Part shown: piece after piece, positions 24,540 through 36,500 of the stretch
Layout of the letters: each line of letters begins with the position of its first letter
Numbering within the stretch: position 1 is the first letter of the stretch
Assembly: GCA_036172245.1 (NCBI GenBank)
Contig: JAYWIR010000032.1
Span: 2,418,001-2,482,000, forward strand
Length of the DNA stretch: 64,000 nucleotides
Reading direction: 5' to 3'
DNA from: Raillietiella orientalis
Lineage: Eukaryota
The notes under the pieces: model-generated
What the model saw: only the letters and a program-made list of their open reading frames with translations
What the model was told of the DNA's origin: nothing
Databases searched by the model: none
Position numbers and translations under genes: made by a program

Positions 24540-27500
24540 GGCATGCTGAAATATAATAAACAATGCAAAAACGGGGAAAAACAAAGTCTGCAGGCATCCA
24601 TGCTAGCTCAAACAACAGACTACAGACTCAAAAACAACAACAGAAAAAGTCCATTACATTGATTGTTTCCAAGCTTCTGAAACGAAATCTGAATTTCCCA
24701 TAAGAATCTACCCCAAACAAAAAAAAAAAAACTCATCACAGGATGTTTTCAGATGAAAGGGGGTGTTAGGGTCTCATACGCTCGGAATGCCATATGCTGT
24801 GCTCGCACACACACGCACACACACACACACACGGACACAGAGAGAAAGACAAAAAATGATGGCGAAACAAAGGAAAAGGGACGACAGTGCATCTCAGGGA
24901 ACAGACATAAATGAACCAAATTTCCGGGGTGTGTCCAAATCACCACACAAGCTGGATTCAACGATACCTGACGGTCTATCATGGAGAGAAAACTCGTTAT
25001 CAGGTCCGCAGTAACAATCTTCTGAGTGCGAGGACTGACTGTGCGAAGTGGAAGCATAGGAAGCTCTGCGTAAGTCCTGACACGCGGAAACGGCAGGTTT
25101 CGTGGTGTCCGGCATTTGCAGGGGTTCAGAAAGGATTGCCGGAGCAGTGGCGATTAGGCGGAAAGGGGTCGCTGGATCGTCCTCATCGTCCCTTGACGCT
25201 TTTCTGACCTCGTGCGCAAGGGTTTGGGCGGACGAGGGCAGGTTGTTTGCCACGACGGAAGATACGGAGTCACTGGACTGCGCGAAAAACAACACCTGCG
25301 AGTTGCAGGCCGAGCTCGGCAGCTTCCCGTTTTCCGAGCACTCGGTGTCGTTGACTTCCGAGCTGCTGTCGAGGTTCTCGGTGCTGGAAACCAACGTGGT
25401 CGAGTCGGCGGTGGTGAAGCCGGAACCCAGCTCGTCGTCGTGCTGCCACGTGGCGTAGGTGATACCGGAGCTCGTGTGGTCGAACGAATCGTTCCCGGTG
25501 CAGGCGCATCCGTTGTCGATCTTGAGAGCGCACTCCCAGGCGCTGTACTCCGAGCAGCCGCCGTTCTTGTCGTGGCTCTGTCTGTCGTCGCCGTCCACGC
25601 ACGCGTTCCCAAGCTTGGGGCCAGCGCTCCACGAGGCCAGCTCCTCGGTGTGCACGTGCTGCCCTTCGGTGTCGTTGCCGTCGTCCTCGTCGTCGCAGCG
25701 GAACCCCGAGGCGTCGCCGGAGTCGCACGCAAATCTGCCGCCCGGTTCGTAAGCCGAGAGGGATTCTTCGGCAACGGAGGCGCACTGAAGTCCGAGTTGC
25801 CAAGCTTCGCAGTCCCCGGACTCCGGATGATTGCGAGGTCCGGATGCCTCATCCGCCACCACCACTGCTGCTGCTGCTGCTGCCGCCACCGTCGCCTCCA
25901 CCGCGGCCGCGCCGGGCGGCTCCGGCTCCCCGCAATCGCAAGCGACGCATCCTTCGGCACTCTCGCTTCCGTCTCCGCCGTCGCGAGTCAACCACCCGTT
26001 CCGGGTGCCCTCTTGAGGCGGCCGGGAGCTCGGACCGGCGGCGGCGAGGCGCTCCTTCGGCGGCAGACCGAGCTCCTCCAGGGAGATGCTATGGAACTTC
26101 TCCACGTTGCTCTGCGCCTCGCGTATGATCTCCCCGATCTCCTGCAACCGGCCCTCGTAGTCCTCGTCGGAGGTCCTGCCTCCTTGAGTCCCGCAACTTT
26201 CCGGCTCGGATGCCTGGCTCTCGTGACCCTCCTCGATCTCGGAGAGCAGCGCCTCCAGCTCCCGCGCCTTCTCCTCGATCTTTTCCGCCTCGGCGAGCTG
26301 CCTTTCCAGCCTCTCGAACTCCAGCAACGACGAGGGAGAGCCTCCTGCAGGTGGCACCACCGCCCGACCGCCTTCCTGCTGCTGCTGCTCCTCCTCCTCC
26401 TCTGCGGCGGCAGTGGCCCTCGCCCGCTTCCCCTTGCCCGCATCCGGGACATACGCACTCCCCCGCTGCGCTCCCTCCTGGGCCAGCTCCTTTTCCAGCT
26501 TCTCGAACTCCTGGAGCGTGCCCACCGAGAAGGAGTCCTGTTCGAGGTTGCGGGAGCACGACTTTCTGCCCGGGAAGACGTCAGAGTCCGGGGTCGTGCT
26601 CAGGGACAACACCTCCACCGGCGACGCGTCCTCTCTCTTGTCCTCCCCTTCCTCCTCCTCCTCCTCCTCCTCCTCTTCAGATGGGCAGCGATCCGTGCCG
26701 CCAGGAAGCGTGGGCGGGCGCCGTCGCCTTCGCCTCCGCCGCTGCGAGCCAGACCATTCGCCGCTGCGATCCTCGCCGAGCAAACCAGGCGCGGGGCTGG
26801 AAGGGGGATCGGCGATCCGTGAGGTGGCAGCGGCCACCACACTCTCTTTCTCCTCCCCGTCCTCTTGACGCTTTCCTCGCACGCGCCCGGGAGACGTTCC
26901 TGCTCCGCCGACTCCATCCTGAACCAGAAGCGAGTCCTCCACGGAGAACTTCAGGGACGACAGGTCCAGATTCCTGTGCGAGACGGGGACGCCGCCGGCG
27001 GCAAGTTCCGGGCGCTCCGAGGAACGCGCCGCCAGGCCTTCCTCGGCGGTGGCGGAGGACCGGGCGGAGTTGGACAGGATGTCCTGTGATGTAAAGGAGA
27101 AGGAAGGGAGTAGCCGGATGCCCCCATCGCAGACCTTGTGCCTGGGGGCTGGGTCCGGGAAGGGGACGATGCGCTCCTCGGACGCGGAGGGGTCGGGGAG
27201 ACACTTCGTTCCCGCTTCCTCCGGCCCGAGGTCCCTCAGTCCGCCGCCAAAAGGGCCCGCGGCTTCCGGAAGAAGAGACCCGACCTGCCCTCTCAGGCTG
27301 CTGCCTCCATCCTCGGGGGGCAGTGCGCTCTCTCGATCACGCCCCGCATCTTCCTCCGCAGCCCCGGGGATCGTCTCCGACGGGCTCCTCCCTCCGACCT
27401 CGTCCCGGCGTTCGTCGGGAGTTCTGGGCTCGGCCGCAATCCTGCCGTAGGCTCCTCCCGACACCTCTTTCTCCACCCGCTCGGCGGGCGCTCCCAGGTG

Positions 27501-30500
27501 GGGAGAAGAGTCCGACTGCTCTTCCAGGACCGCGGACCCGGAGGCGCCGCGGTCGCTCCCCCGGCGGCCTTCGCTCGTGGCGTGCTCAGCTACCTCCTCG
27601 TCGGGTGTCGCCGGCCGGTCCGCGGGGGAGCAGCAGGGCGTCGCCGAAGGCGACGGCACGCTACCGCTGGGAGAGGGCGAGTCACCAGGAAGCGTCGCCG
27701 AAGGAAGACTGCCGCCGCTGCCTCCGTCAGCTGCGTCCAGCGCCTGTGAAAGCAGATCCAGAAGGGACGCACCGCCGCCGTCGTCATAGGCGCCACCGCT
27801 GCCGGGGTCGGCGTCCTCCAGCGTGCCGTCGCTCTCGGAGTCGGCTGAGCGGACCAGCGTGTCGGAGACCTCGCTGGGCCCGGCCGGGTCCCCCCAGCCT
27901 ACGGGGAGGCTGCTGTTGCGTGGGCTGTCCGAGGTGACCGAGGGAGCGGAGGAGGAGGCAGCGGAGGGGTGCTCCGCCCGGTGCTCGGCGCGCAGCCGCC
28001 GGGAGTCCGACGGGGGGCCGTCGCGGGAGCTGCCCAGGAAGGAGGTCGCCGCCGTCTCGTACTCGGAGGTCGACGGGCACCTCGCCTCTTCCCCCTCGGA
28101 GAACTCCGGGGCAGTGACCAGGCTGGAAGCGTCCAGGGAGGGCGGGCGGCTCCCGTCCTTCCCGCAGGACTCGTGCGAGGACGGCGATGCCCTCCTCAGC
28201 GAGCCGTCGTCCTCATCGCCGCCGCAGCTCGGGACGGCGTCCGCTGGAGCCAGAGCACCTCCGGGAGGCGTCGGTGGCCGCCGCGCGTCCTCGTCGCTCG
28301 CGAGTGACTCCTGGTAGCAGGAGCTCTCGTCGTTCTCCTTGATGGCACGCTGATGGCGCTCCCCGTCGTCATCGCTGCTCGTGTCGTCAGCGGGGAGAGC
28401 CTTCGCGTCCTGGTCGGGGAGGCCCTCGTCTTCTGGGTGGTAAGGTCGTTGCGGGAAGTCCCCGGGCGCCCCGGCGGTTCGCAGGTCCGTCGACACCCGC
28501 GCCTCGGAGAGCCGTCCGACTGGCGCCTGCTGCTGCTGCTGCTGCTGCCAGTCGGCCCCGGGTCCCTGCTCGGGGAGGCTCCGCGCGAGGGCTGCCGCCG
28601 GCTCGCTCGTCCCCGCAGGGTCTCCGGACGGGACCAGGAACGCCTCCCTTTTTCCGGGAAGGAGGAGTTCCTCCTCCTCCTCCTTCCGACGCCCGGCCGG
28701 AGAGCTGCTCGTCGCTCCCGGGGTCCCGGGTTCGTCTCTGAGGCGGGTGGCGGTCTCCTCCCCGCCCCCCTCGCGCCCCTCGGAGGCGACTGCTCCGCCG
28801 CCCAACTCCTCAGAGACCGCCGAGTCGTCCGGTCGCTCCCTGCTCGCCGTTGATAGCGCTTCCGGTGCGGTCGAGAGAAGAGGAGGTGCGCCAGGCATGT
28901 CGGACGGAAGGAGGGGGGGGGGAGGAGTCCCGCCTCGTCCTTGCCCTTCGGGAACCGCCTCCTTCCCGCGTGCCGCGGGGCCATCTAGAAGCAGACGCGA
29001 ACAACCCCGTCTTACTGGATGGTCACTCTGCAAGTTGCAACACGACAACAACAACAACAACAACAGAAGCAGCAGCAGCAGAAACAACAACGAGCGACAC
29101 ACACACAAAGGGAGGGAGTAACAAAAAACGAGGTCGACGACGATGTGGTGGCGGCCGGCGACGGCTGCCGGTCAGGAATGACCCGAGGGAGATCGGTTCG
29201 GCCGCATGTCCCCCCCCCTAGCCCCCTCTCCCATGCTTGCCGGGTCGTCGCTGCGCGCGCGCACTCGGTGTGCCCCAGCCCAATCGATGCGCGGCGGGCG
29301 ATCGCATACCGTGTGACGTCATCACGGCGGCCACGGGCGGCGAAAAATGTCCGGCCGTCCTCCGCGAGATTCTGTCGAGCATTGGGAGGAAGAGGAAGGG
29401 CCCTACGAGAGTCCCTGGCGCTCTTCGCCAGGGGATGCAGCGCCGGCGATGAGGCGCACGCAGAAAGTCCGCTCGCTCTGCCCGCGGGCGCAAATCGGTC
29501 GAAGGTTCCTCCTTGCACGCGCACACCAGAGTATCCTTTGCTCTACGACTCGCTCTCCATGGCAACGACAGCGACCGGGCGCGTTGCTCCCCCACTACCA
29601 TGGGGGGTCGCAGAACGAGGCGGAGTCTTGCGGAGAGGTACGTCCTTGGAAACTCCTGCTGCTGCTGCTGCGCGGTCGGCGTGGAGTCGGCGGAAGGGAA
29701 GCGGCCGGGTGGCGCGGTCGCGAGAAGGGGCCAGGGGCGTCCGCTCGGCGTCGCTCCGACGGGAGAGGCAGCCAGGAGCGCGAGGAAAAAGGGGAAGGGA
29801 AGAGGGGTCGGGAGGGGAGGGCCTACGACGACGACACCTGATGCACGTTAGTCAGGTCTCCTTTAGTGGGCGCGCTGCGGCGCCAGTGCAGGGGGCATGC
29901 AGAGGGAGGGGGGGAAGGGGAGGAGGAGGGACACGTTAGTGGGCCACACGCCGCCTTACCTCCAGCGTCCTCCTCAGTCCCGGCTGCCGCCGCCGGGCCG
30001 GTCGCGGAAGCATCCGGTCGCGGCGGCGCAGCGCGGCGGCGGCCGAAGCGCCCGGACGCGTCGCCGCCCTCCGCGCCGCACCGCACGGGCGCGCGACGAC
30101 GCGCGGGGCAGCAGCCAGCCCGCGGTCCGCACGACTTTGAAAAGAACGAGGAAAAATTCCCGATTTCCCCTCTGTCGACGTCGACGAACTCCCGGATGCT
30201 CCTGATCTCGACGGCTTCCTTCCCGGGCTCCGTGGTCTTAACTAGGAGCTTGATCTCGGACCGGATGGGCCGGGGAATTTTCGGGCCGGTCGCTCTGCCG
30301 CCCTGCAACACACCTGCCCGCGGGCGGGCACCGCGTGAGATCGCAGGACGTGGGGGTGCCGCGCGGGGACAGGCGGCGGAGGCGAGGCGCCGCCCCTGCT
30401 TGGGGAAGGGCCTGCTCCGAGGTGAGCCGTAGGACCGCTTCGGAGGAAGCCCGCGCACATGCGTGGATGGGTCGCCCCTGCCGCTGGCCGGAGCTTCAAG

Positions 30501-33500
30501 AAGACCTCTGGACGCCCTCCTTCCGGGGCGGCTGCTGCTCCGGAAACTCCCAAGGGTCCTCCCTGCTGCGCCTTCCCCTCTCCTTTCCTCCTGAAGGGGC
30601 GGTTCCTGCCCGGTGCGCGTGCGCGTCGTCGTCGTCTGCGCACCGACGCCTCGACTCGGCGGGGGCCTCCCCCAGCTGCTCGTTGGGGGCAAGCGAGGGG
30701 CTGGCTGTTGTCGGGGGAGGGGGGCACGTCCTTTCCGCTGCTCTCGTCCTTACCCTTCACCCATCGCTGTCGGTCAGCGAGGTCGCGGGAAGTGCCTCGC
30801 AGGTGCGCGGTGGCCGATCGCCGCTGCCACAGACGCGGCACCGTCCTCTCCTTCAGCAACTCGCTGACATCACCAGCAGACAACGCACCGTTGCTCCCCT
30901 AGACCCGAAGGACGGAAACCTGCGAGAGGGGGCGCGTTCGATCCCTAGCCGACGAATCGCGCGGGTTTAAGTTTCCAGACGACGACGACGCCTCAGGCAA
31001 CACGACCGCACGTCCTTCCTGCGGATCAGTGCGCGGCAACCGCGGCGAGGGATGGCGGGTAACCGAGTGGGGAAGGAGGGAGGGAGGAGAGGGTTGTCCC
31101 CCCTTCACACTGCGTCCTCCTCCCTCGCTTTCCTACGGAGCGCGGCCGCCCGTCAGAGAGCGCAAGGATCGACGGCGGCGCCCCTGCACTTGCATGCACA
31201 CCGCAGTTCCGCAAGTATATATATATATATATAAATAAAAAGGACAAAAACAAACGAAACGATGGAGTAGGAAATGCTTTACCAGCTGTCTGCTGCTGCG
31301 GCGCTCTCCTGGGCTCTGGAAGAAAAGAGGCACGTGAGAATGTCACTGCAACCCGTGTGCTTGAGGTCAAAGCATGCTGCTCTCTCTCGCGCGCGGCACG
31401 CCACGTTTCACCGGGCACGCACCGGCCGGAGGCGAAGGGCTGATCGTGCGTGCCTCGGATCCCGACCGGCGTCCCGGCCGCGTCCTCGGACGCGGAGGAT
31501 CCAGTGATCACCCCCCGAAAAGATAGCCGCCGCTGCCGTCCGAGGAGGAGGGTCCACCGGTCGGGGGCGGATCGCGACAACGAACTTTGCGCCTGGGCCT
31601 GTCATCCCACGCCCCAAAGACGACTGAGCGCAGGATGCGAGTGGGTGGGGCTGTGACCCCAGCGACGGGGACGCAGCCACCCGAATGGGGAGCACCGCCC
31701 GCGAGGTTCGTGGGGCACGTGCCCGTCCTCCCACGAACGCGAGATGGGCGAGACGAAGCAGCGTGGCTCGCAAGGCAGGGGCGGAGTGCTCGGGGCAAAA
31801 GGCACTCCTTCCTGACCGTGCAGTCCGCACATCCGCGCCCTCTCTTCGCCCCATGCTCGCTGCCCCCACCTCCCCAACCATACACCCTCCTGTGGTGCAG
31901 AAGGCATCGCAGTAGTGCTGCTCCCGTTGTTCTTCCGAAGCAGAAGAGGCGCCGGAGGCGCTGCCGCCTTCTCCTCGTGGAGGCGGTCGTTCCTGCTCGC
32001 CCAACGCCACTGGGGACGCGAGGCGCCACTACTGTTCGGATAGTTCGCCTCCCCTTCTTCCCCGATCCGTCCCTGCTTGTCCCGGAGGGGGCCACCGCGG
32101 GGCAGAGAGACCTCTCGCTGCCCCTAACGCCCCTTGAAGTGCCTGAGGGCTCCTCCGGGAGTTTCCGCTCCGGACGTCCAGGACTCCCCCTAGGCGTGCG
32201 GGCGCGCTCGGAGCCGGCGCGGGGCACCAAACTCTTTCCTGCGGAGCCCATCCACCCCCGAGCTTTCCTCCGGGTTCGGCTCTGACTGTACCACTGTTCT
32301 TCTCCAGGAGAGGATTCGTCCGGGATCTGGCGGAGCACCGCAGCTCCCGCCTCCCGCGAAGGGTCACCGACGGACGGGTCGGGTTTCCGTGAGGCTTCCG
32401 AGACGCAGTGGGCAGGACGAGGAGGAAAAACGCGACGAAGAGCAGGAACGGGAGGCCTCCGCTCCCGGAAAGACTCCGGCCACGCCTCTAGGGAGTGCTC
32501 CGACAGGCAGGGCTCTGCGTGGACACCGTCCTCCCGCAAAACCGCTTGCTCGTGAGCGGCCCGGCACCCGGGAGAGACGGGCGCATTGCTGCTCTTTGGG
32601 GAGGGGCCACTCTAAGGTCTCCCCAAGCACAGCGGCTATCCAGGGCGGAGGGCACCGCCAGGGTGCGCTCGAGTTGTGGGATCGGTCGGAGCGCTTTGGG
32701 CGTCCTTGCAAGCCAGCGGCACCGCTCTCGACGACGGGGCAAGGGGGCCTGCGACGGTCGAGAGCGCTCGCTCCTTCCCGTTTTTACCCGAAACGCCCTC
32801 GAAACACTCCCTCGGGATGAGCCGGAATTTCGGGGGTTCGTTCAGGGGGTGCCGCATTCTGGAGCTCCGGGATCTGTGAGAGAGGGGGAGCTGGGGTGCA
32901 AAGAGGAGAGAGCGTGTCTGCTCGCGGGTCGCGGGGCCTGGTTCCTCCGCGGGGCCAAGGAGGTTGCGGGGGGAGACTCTGCGCACCGTGACCTCGAGGC
33001 ATCGTTGCCGCTCCGGGTACGGACGGCCATGAAGCGGCGCTCCTGCACGCAGCAGCGCGAGGGTCGCCGTGGCTCGCTTCCTCCCACAGGTGGCGGACCG
33101 TTCCCAGGGAGCAAGGGCAGGAGGCAGCCCACGCGCACCGCTTCCCCCCGCTCCAGGAACCGTCGCCTGCCTCCGACGCCGGTCTTCTGAAGCGCCGAGC
33201 CCCGGGGTGCGCACGTACATCGGCGACGGAGGCACGCAGAACCGATCGGACAGGCCGAAGCGATCGCCCCTTGGCCTCTCCCGGGAGATCAGCGCGCCAA
33301 GCGTGTCCGGCCGGGCACCATCCGTCTCGCTGTCTGCGCGCGGGAGGATCTAGCTCGCCGGAGGACAAATGAGGATCGGCGCACCGGCTACCCCAGGAGG
33401 CTGGCGGCTCGCACGCTTCGAGGGGGCCGCTATCGCTCTCTCCTCGTGCATCCTCACAGTCGGGACGCGTCCCCTCGAGTGGGGGGCCAAGGGAGCGTTT

Positions 33501-36500
33501 CTCCTCGATGACGCTACCGGCCGCACGCTTTCAGGGGGGCGTTCTGCGAACGGCGCAGGCGCCCCGGAGCCGGCCGCCGCCGCACGGAGAGTCCTGGCGC
33601 ACGCCTGCCACGAGGACGAGGGAAGAGGGGACGACGATACGTCCCTCGCGCATCGCAGAGTGTGGGTCTCCGGTGAGCCGCATCTGGTGGCTGGGAAAAG
33701 ATGGAGGAGGGTCCTTTCTCAGGATGTCCTCTTTATCAGAAGTGTGGTGGTGCCTCAAGGATTCAAGTCAGGAACCGGAAGAGCTCACGTCATAACAGGC
33801 ACACGGAGTGTGAATGACCCCAACGGAACACGTGACTGGCAGTCAAGCAGAGTTTATTTAGTACCTTCTCCTGCACCACTTTCCGAGTCGGGGTTCCGGA
33901 GGGGACCTGACTCGTCGTAGCCATGGGGCACGCCGCCGTCTGGGGCGGAGCGCTTGTCCGGGGTGTCTGCCGAAACCTCCTCGAAGGTAACGTGGGCTTC
34001 CGCTGCCTCCTGGCCCTTCTCCGCGGCGTCATGCTCCGCGTCGGCACCTGTGGGGCGGAGCACGTTGTCCGCTCCGTTCCCGGCAAATTGCTCCCCCCCC
34101 CCCCCCCCCGCGTTACCTCCGGGAGCAGGTGCTCTTGTCTTTCCCATGCAAGAGAAGATGTCACCGTCCAACTTCTGCAGGGCGAACCCGATATCCTTCA
34201 GCGCTCGGCTCTTGTTCTCTGCCATCGGCCCGACCTCGCCCTCTTCGCTGGTCACCTCCTGCTCCCGAGTGACCTTCGCGCGCGGGCATGGATCGGCTGC
34301 CGGTTCCAAGGTTGGCGACTCGTCGAGGGTCCCTTCCCCTGCAAGATGCGAAGCTGCCCCAGGCGTGCACTTCCAGGCGGCTACGACCAAGGCCTCGCCG
34401 TCATCGGCGGCGGCGGTGGGCGCGAGGCAGGGAAGCGCGCATCGTCCTTCTCGCGGGCTTCCCTGCCTCGAACGTCGCTCGGACTTACCGTTTCCAGGCA
34501 CCACGTGAGCCTCCACCACGTGCCTCTTGTCCAGCTCGGAGAGCTGCCTCCCGATCTGCTGCAAGATACTCTGCTTGTCCGGCGGCGCTCTCGCCTCGTC
34601 TCCTGGAGACGCAGCTCTCGCGAAGGCGCGCCGGCCAATCTGCTCGTCCACCGCCTCTGCTACCGGGTCCTCAGGCATGTATGTCCGCGTGTCGTATTCG
34701 TCGCCGAAAATGTACGACGGAAAGGACGCTGGAACACAGGAAAGATCCGTGAGCTGCAGCGAGTCGAGGAGAGCGGTGGTGTCCAGCAGGAGGCGTCTTC
34801 CGAGGGCAGGACCGATCGTCTTACGCAGCGGACTTCGATCCTCTCCCCGGGCGCGACCAGTGCGAGAAGGCCCTGCTTGCATCGCGCGAGAGCGGAGGAG
34901 GCCTCCTCCTCCTGCCGAAGCTCGAGAAGCACGGGTGCTCCTTAAGATCCACTGTAGGATTCTGTAGCGGGAGATGCAGACGTGTCCGCAAGGAGGAGGA
35001 CCGCGCATCTGATCGGTTGTGATGGTTGTGGTGGGTAGGTGCGAGCAGGCGGGTAGGAGGGCGTGGGCGATTGCATTGACTTACGTGAGCTTTGCTCGGG
35101 GGCGTGGTAGAGGTAGGCTTCGCTCCCGTAGGACCAAGGAAATCCTTTCTGGGTGTGGGATGTCTCATCCACGACAGAGCGCTGTGAATCCGGTTGTGCT
35201 GGTTCCTCTGACCCCCACCATCTGCGATCATAACTCTCCTCGTGGTGGTCCGGCTGGCTGCGCTGCAGATCGCCGTCGGATGGCCGCGATTCTGGCTCCG
35301 TGGCGCGATCGCACGGAGGAAGCTCTTCCGCCGGAAAGGCGTCTCCCACTTCCCGGGTGTTGAGGTCGTTCTCTGCAGTTGCTACCGCCACAGTCCCGAT
35401 CAATGTTACGGGAATGTCAGCTGGATTCGTCGCCCGACTGTCGGCGGGCTCGGCTCCTTCGGAAAGCGCGAATTTCGAAAATGGCGGGAGAGTCCACGCA
35501 CCATACGCCGAAGAGGCACGCTGCAGTTCCAAATGTGGAGTCTCCTGGTTTTCGGTTTTTTCTAGGTACTGTTCCAAATGTGGAGTCTCCTGGTTTTCTG
35601 TTTCTTCTAGGTACTGCTGCTGCTTCCCATCGTCGGGAACTTCCGGGGAGAGTCCAAGGACATGCGCTCCTAATGAGATTCATAATGGACCGATTGAAGG
35701 CTCGCAAACGAAACGCGGGGGGTGGGGGGGTTAGGGGGAAGTGAACTCACTTTCCAAACCCTTTGCTTTTTCCTCCTTTTGCGCAATGTCTTCGATGGAC
35801 TCGGAATCCTGAAATGCAAAGGGCGTGGTGAACAAAAGTCGGAATCCGGTGACCTCCTTCCCACCCTCAGTATCAAAAAAGGAAGTAGAAGAAGAACAAA
35901 AACGCAAGAACGTTTGAGACCTTCATGAGATCTTGTTCCTCGCTCAAATTCCTTCTCCACAACGGTATGTCCTGCTCTGCAGTGGCCTGGCCGAGCTGAC
36001 TTTTGGCTACGAATGTCTCCGTGTCATCGGTCACCAGCTGAATATTGACCAGACATCTGTTCACAATGTCTTGCCGGCCGATTCTCTGCAATGCTTTTTC
36101 TAAAGTGTTGCCTGAAACAGGGGAAACAGGTCAGTCAGCAGCGTTGATCCGGAAATGGCTCTCCCAACCGGAAGCCTGGTTCCCCGACTGCGACACCCAT
36201 GCCTTCAGCATGAGTAAAGCCTGCTGGGTGGTGTCATCCGGGCACTCTGCTTTGATAGAGCGGATGTCTGACTCTGGGATGTGCAGTTGCCTGGCTAACA
36301 AGGTCCAGTCCTTGCCTAAAAGACCACTAAGCTCTTCTAGATGGACGTCAGCCTTGTGGATGGACTCTGCCAAAGAACCTAGGTGCAACGTTATTTCGAG
36401 CCAGATCAGAACGGGCTACCTTTCATGAGCAATCGTTCGCCTACGTCGCCATTGGGAAGGTGAACATTGTCCAAGACAGGCTTGCTTGGGAGAGTGATGT

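Noticed and set aside
24894..29108. 1,404-aa ORF as a stand-alone secreted protein with a poly-Leu signal peptide
   Set aside because: It has a non-ATG start, and the Leu run is a translated trinucleotide microsatellite upstream of a splice acceptor. It is better explained as an ankyrin exon.
25102..35744. Numerous long plus-strand and alternative-frame ORFs (e.g. 25212-26822, 29019-29939, 33923-34945)
   Set aside because: These are shadow ORFs expected from high GC and from being antisense to a coding exon. They are Arg/Pro/Ala-rich with no recognisable domain.
25000..35750. Bacterial contamination or horizontal transfer as the cause of the GC-rich block
   Set aside because: There are no prokaryotic-like genes. 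The block contains spliceosomal sites in phase with ankyrin and eukaryotic microsatellites.
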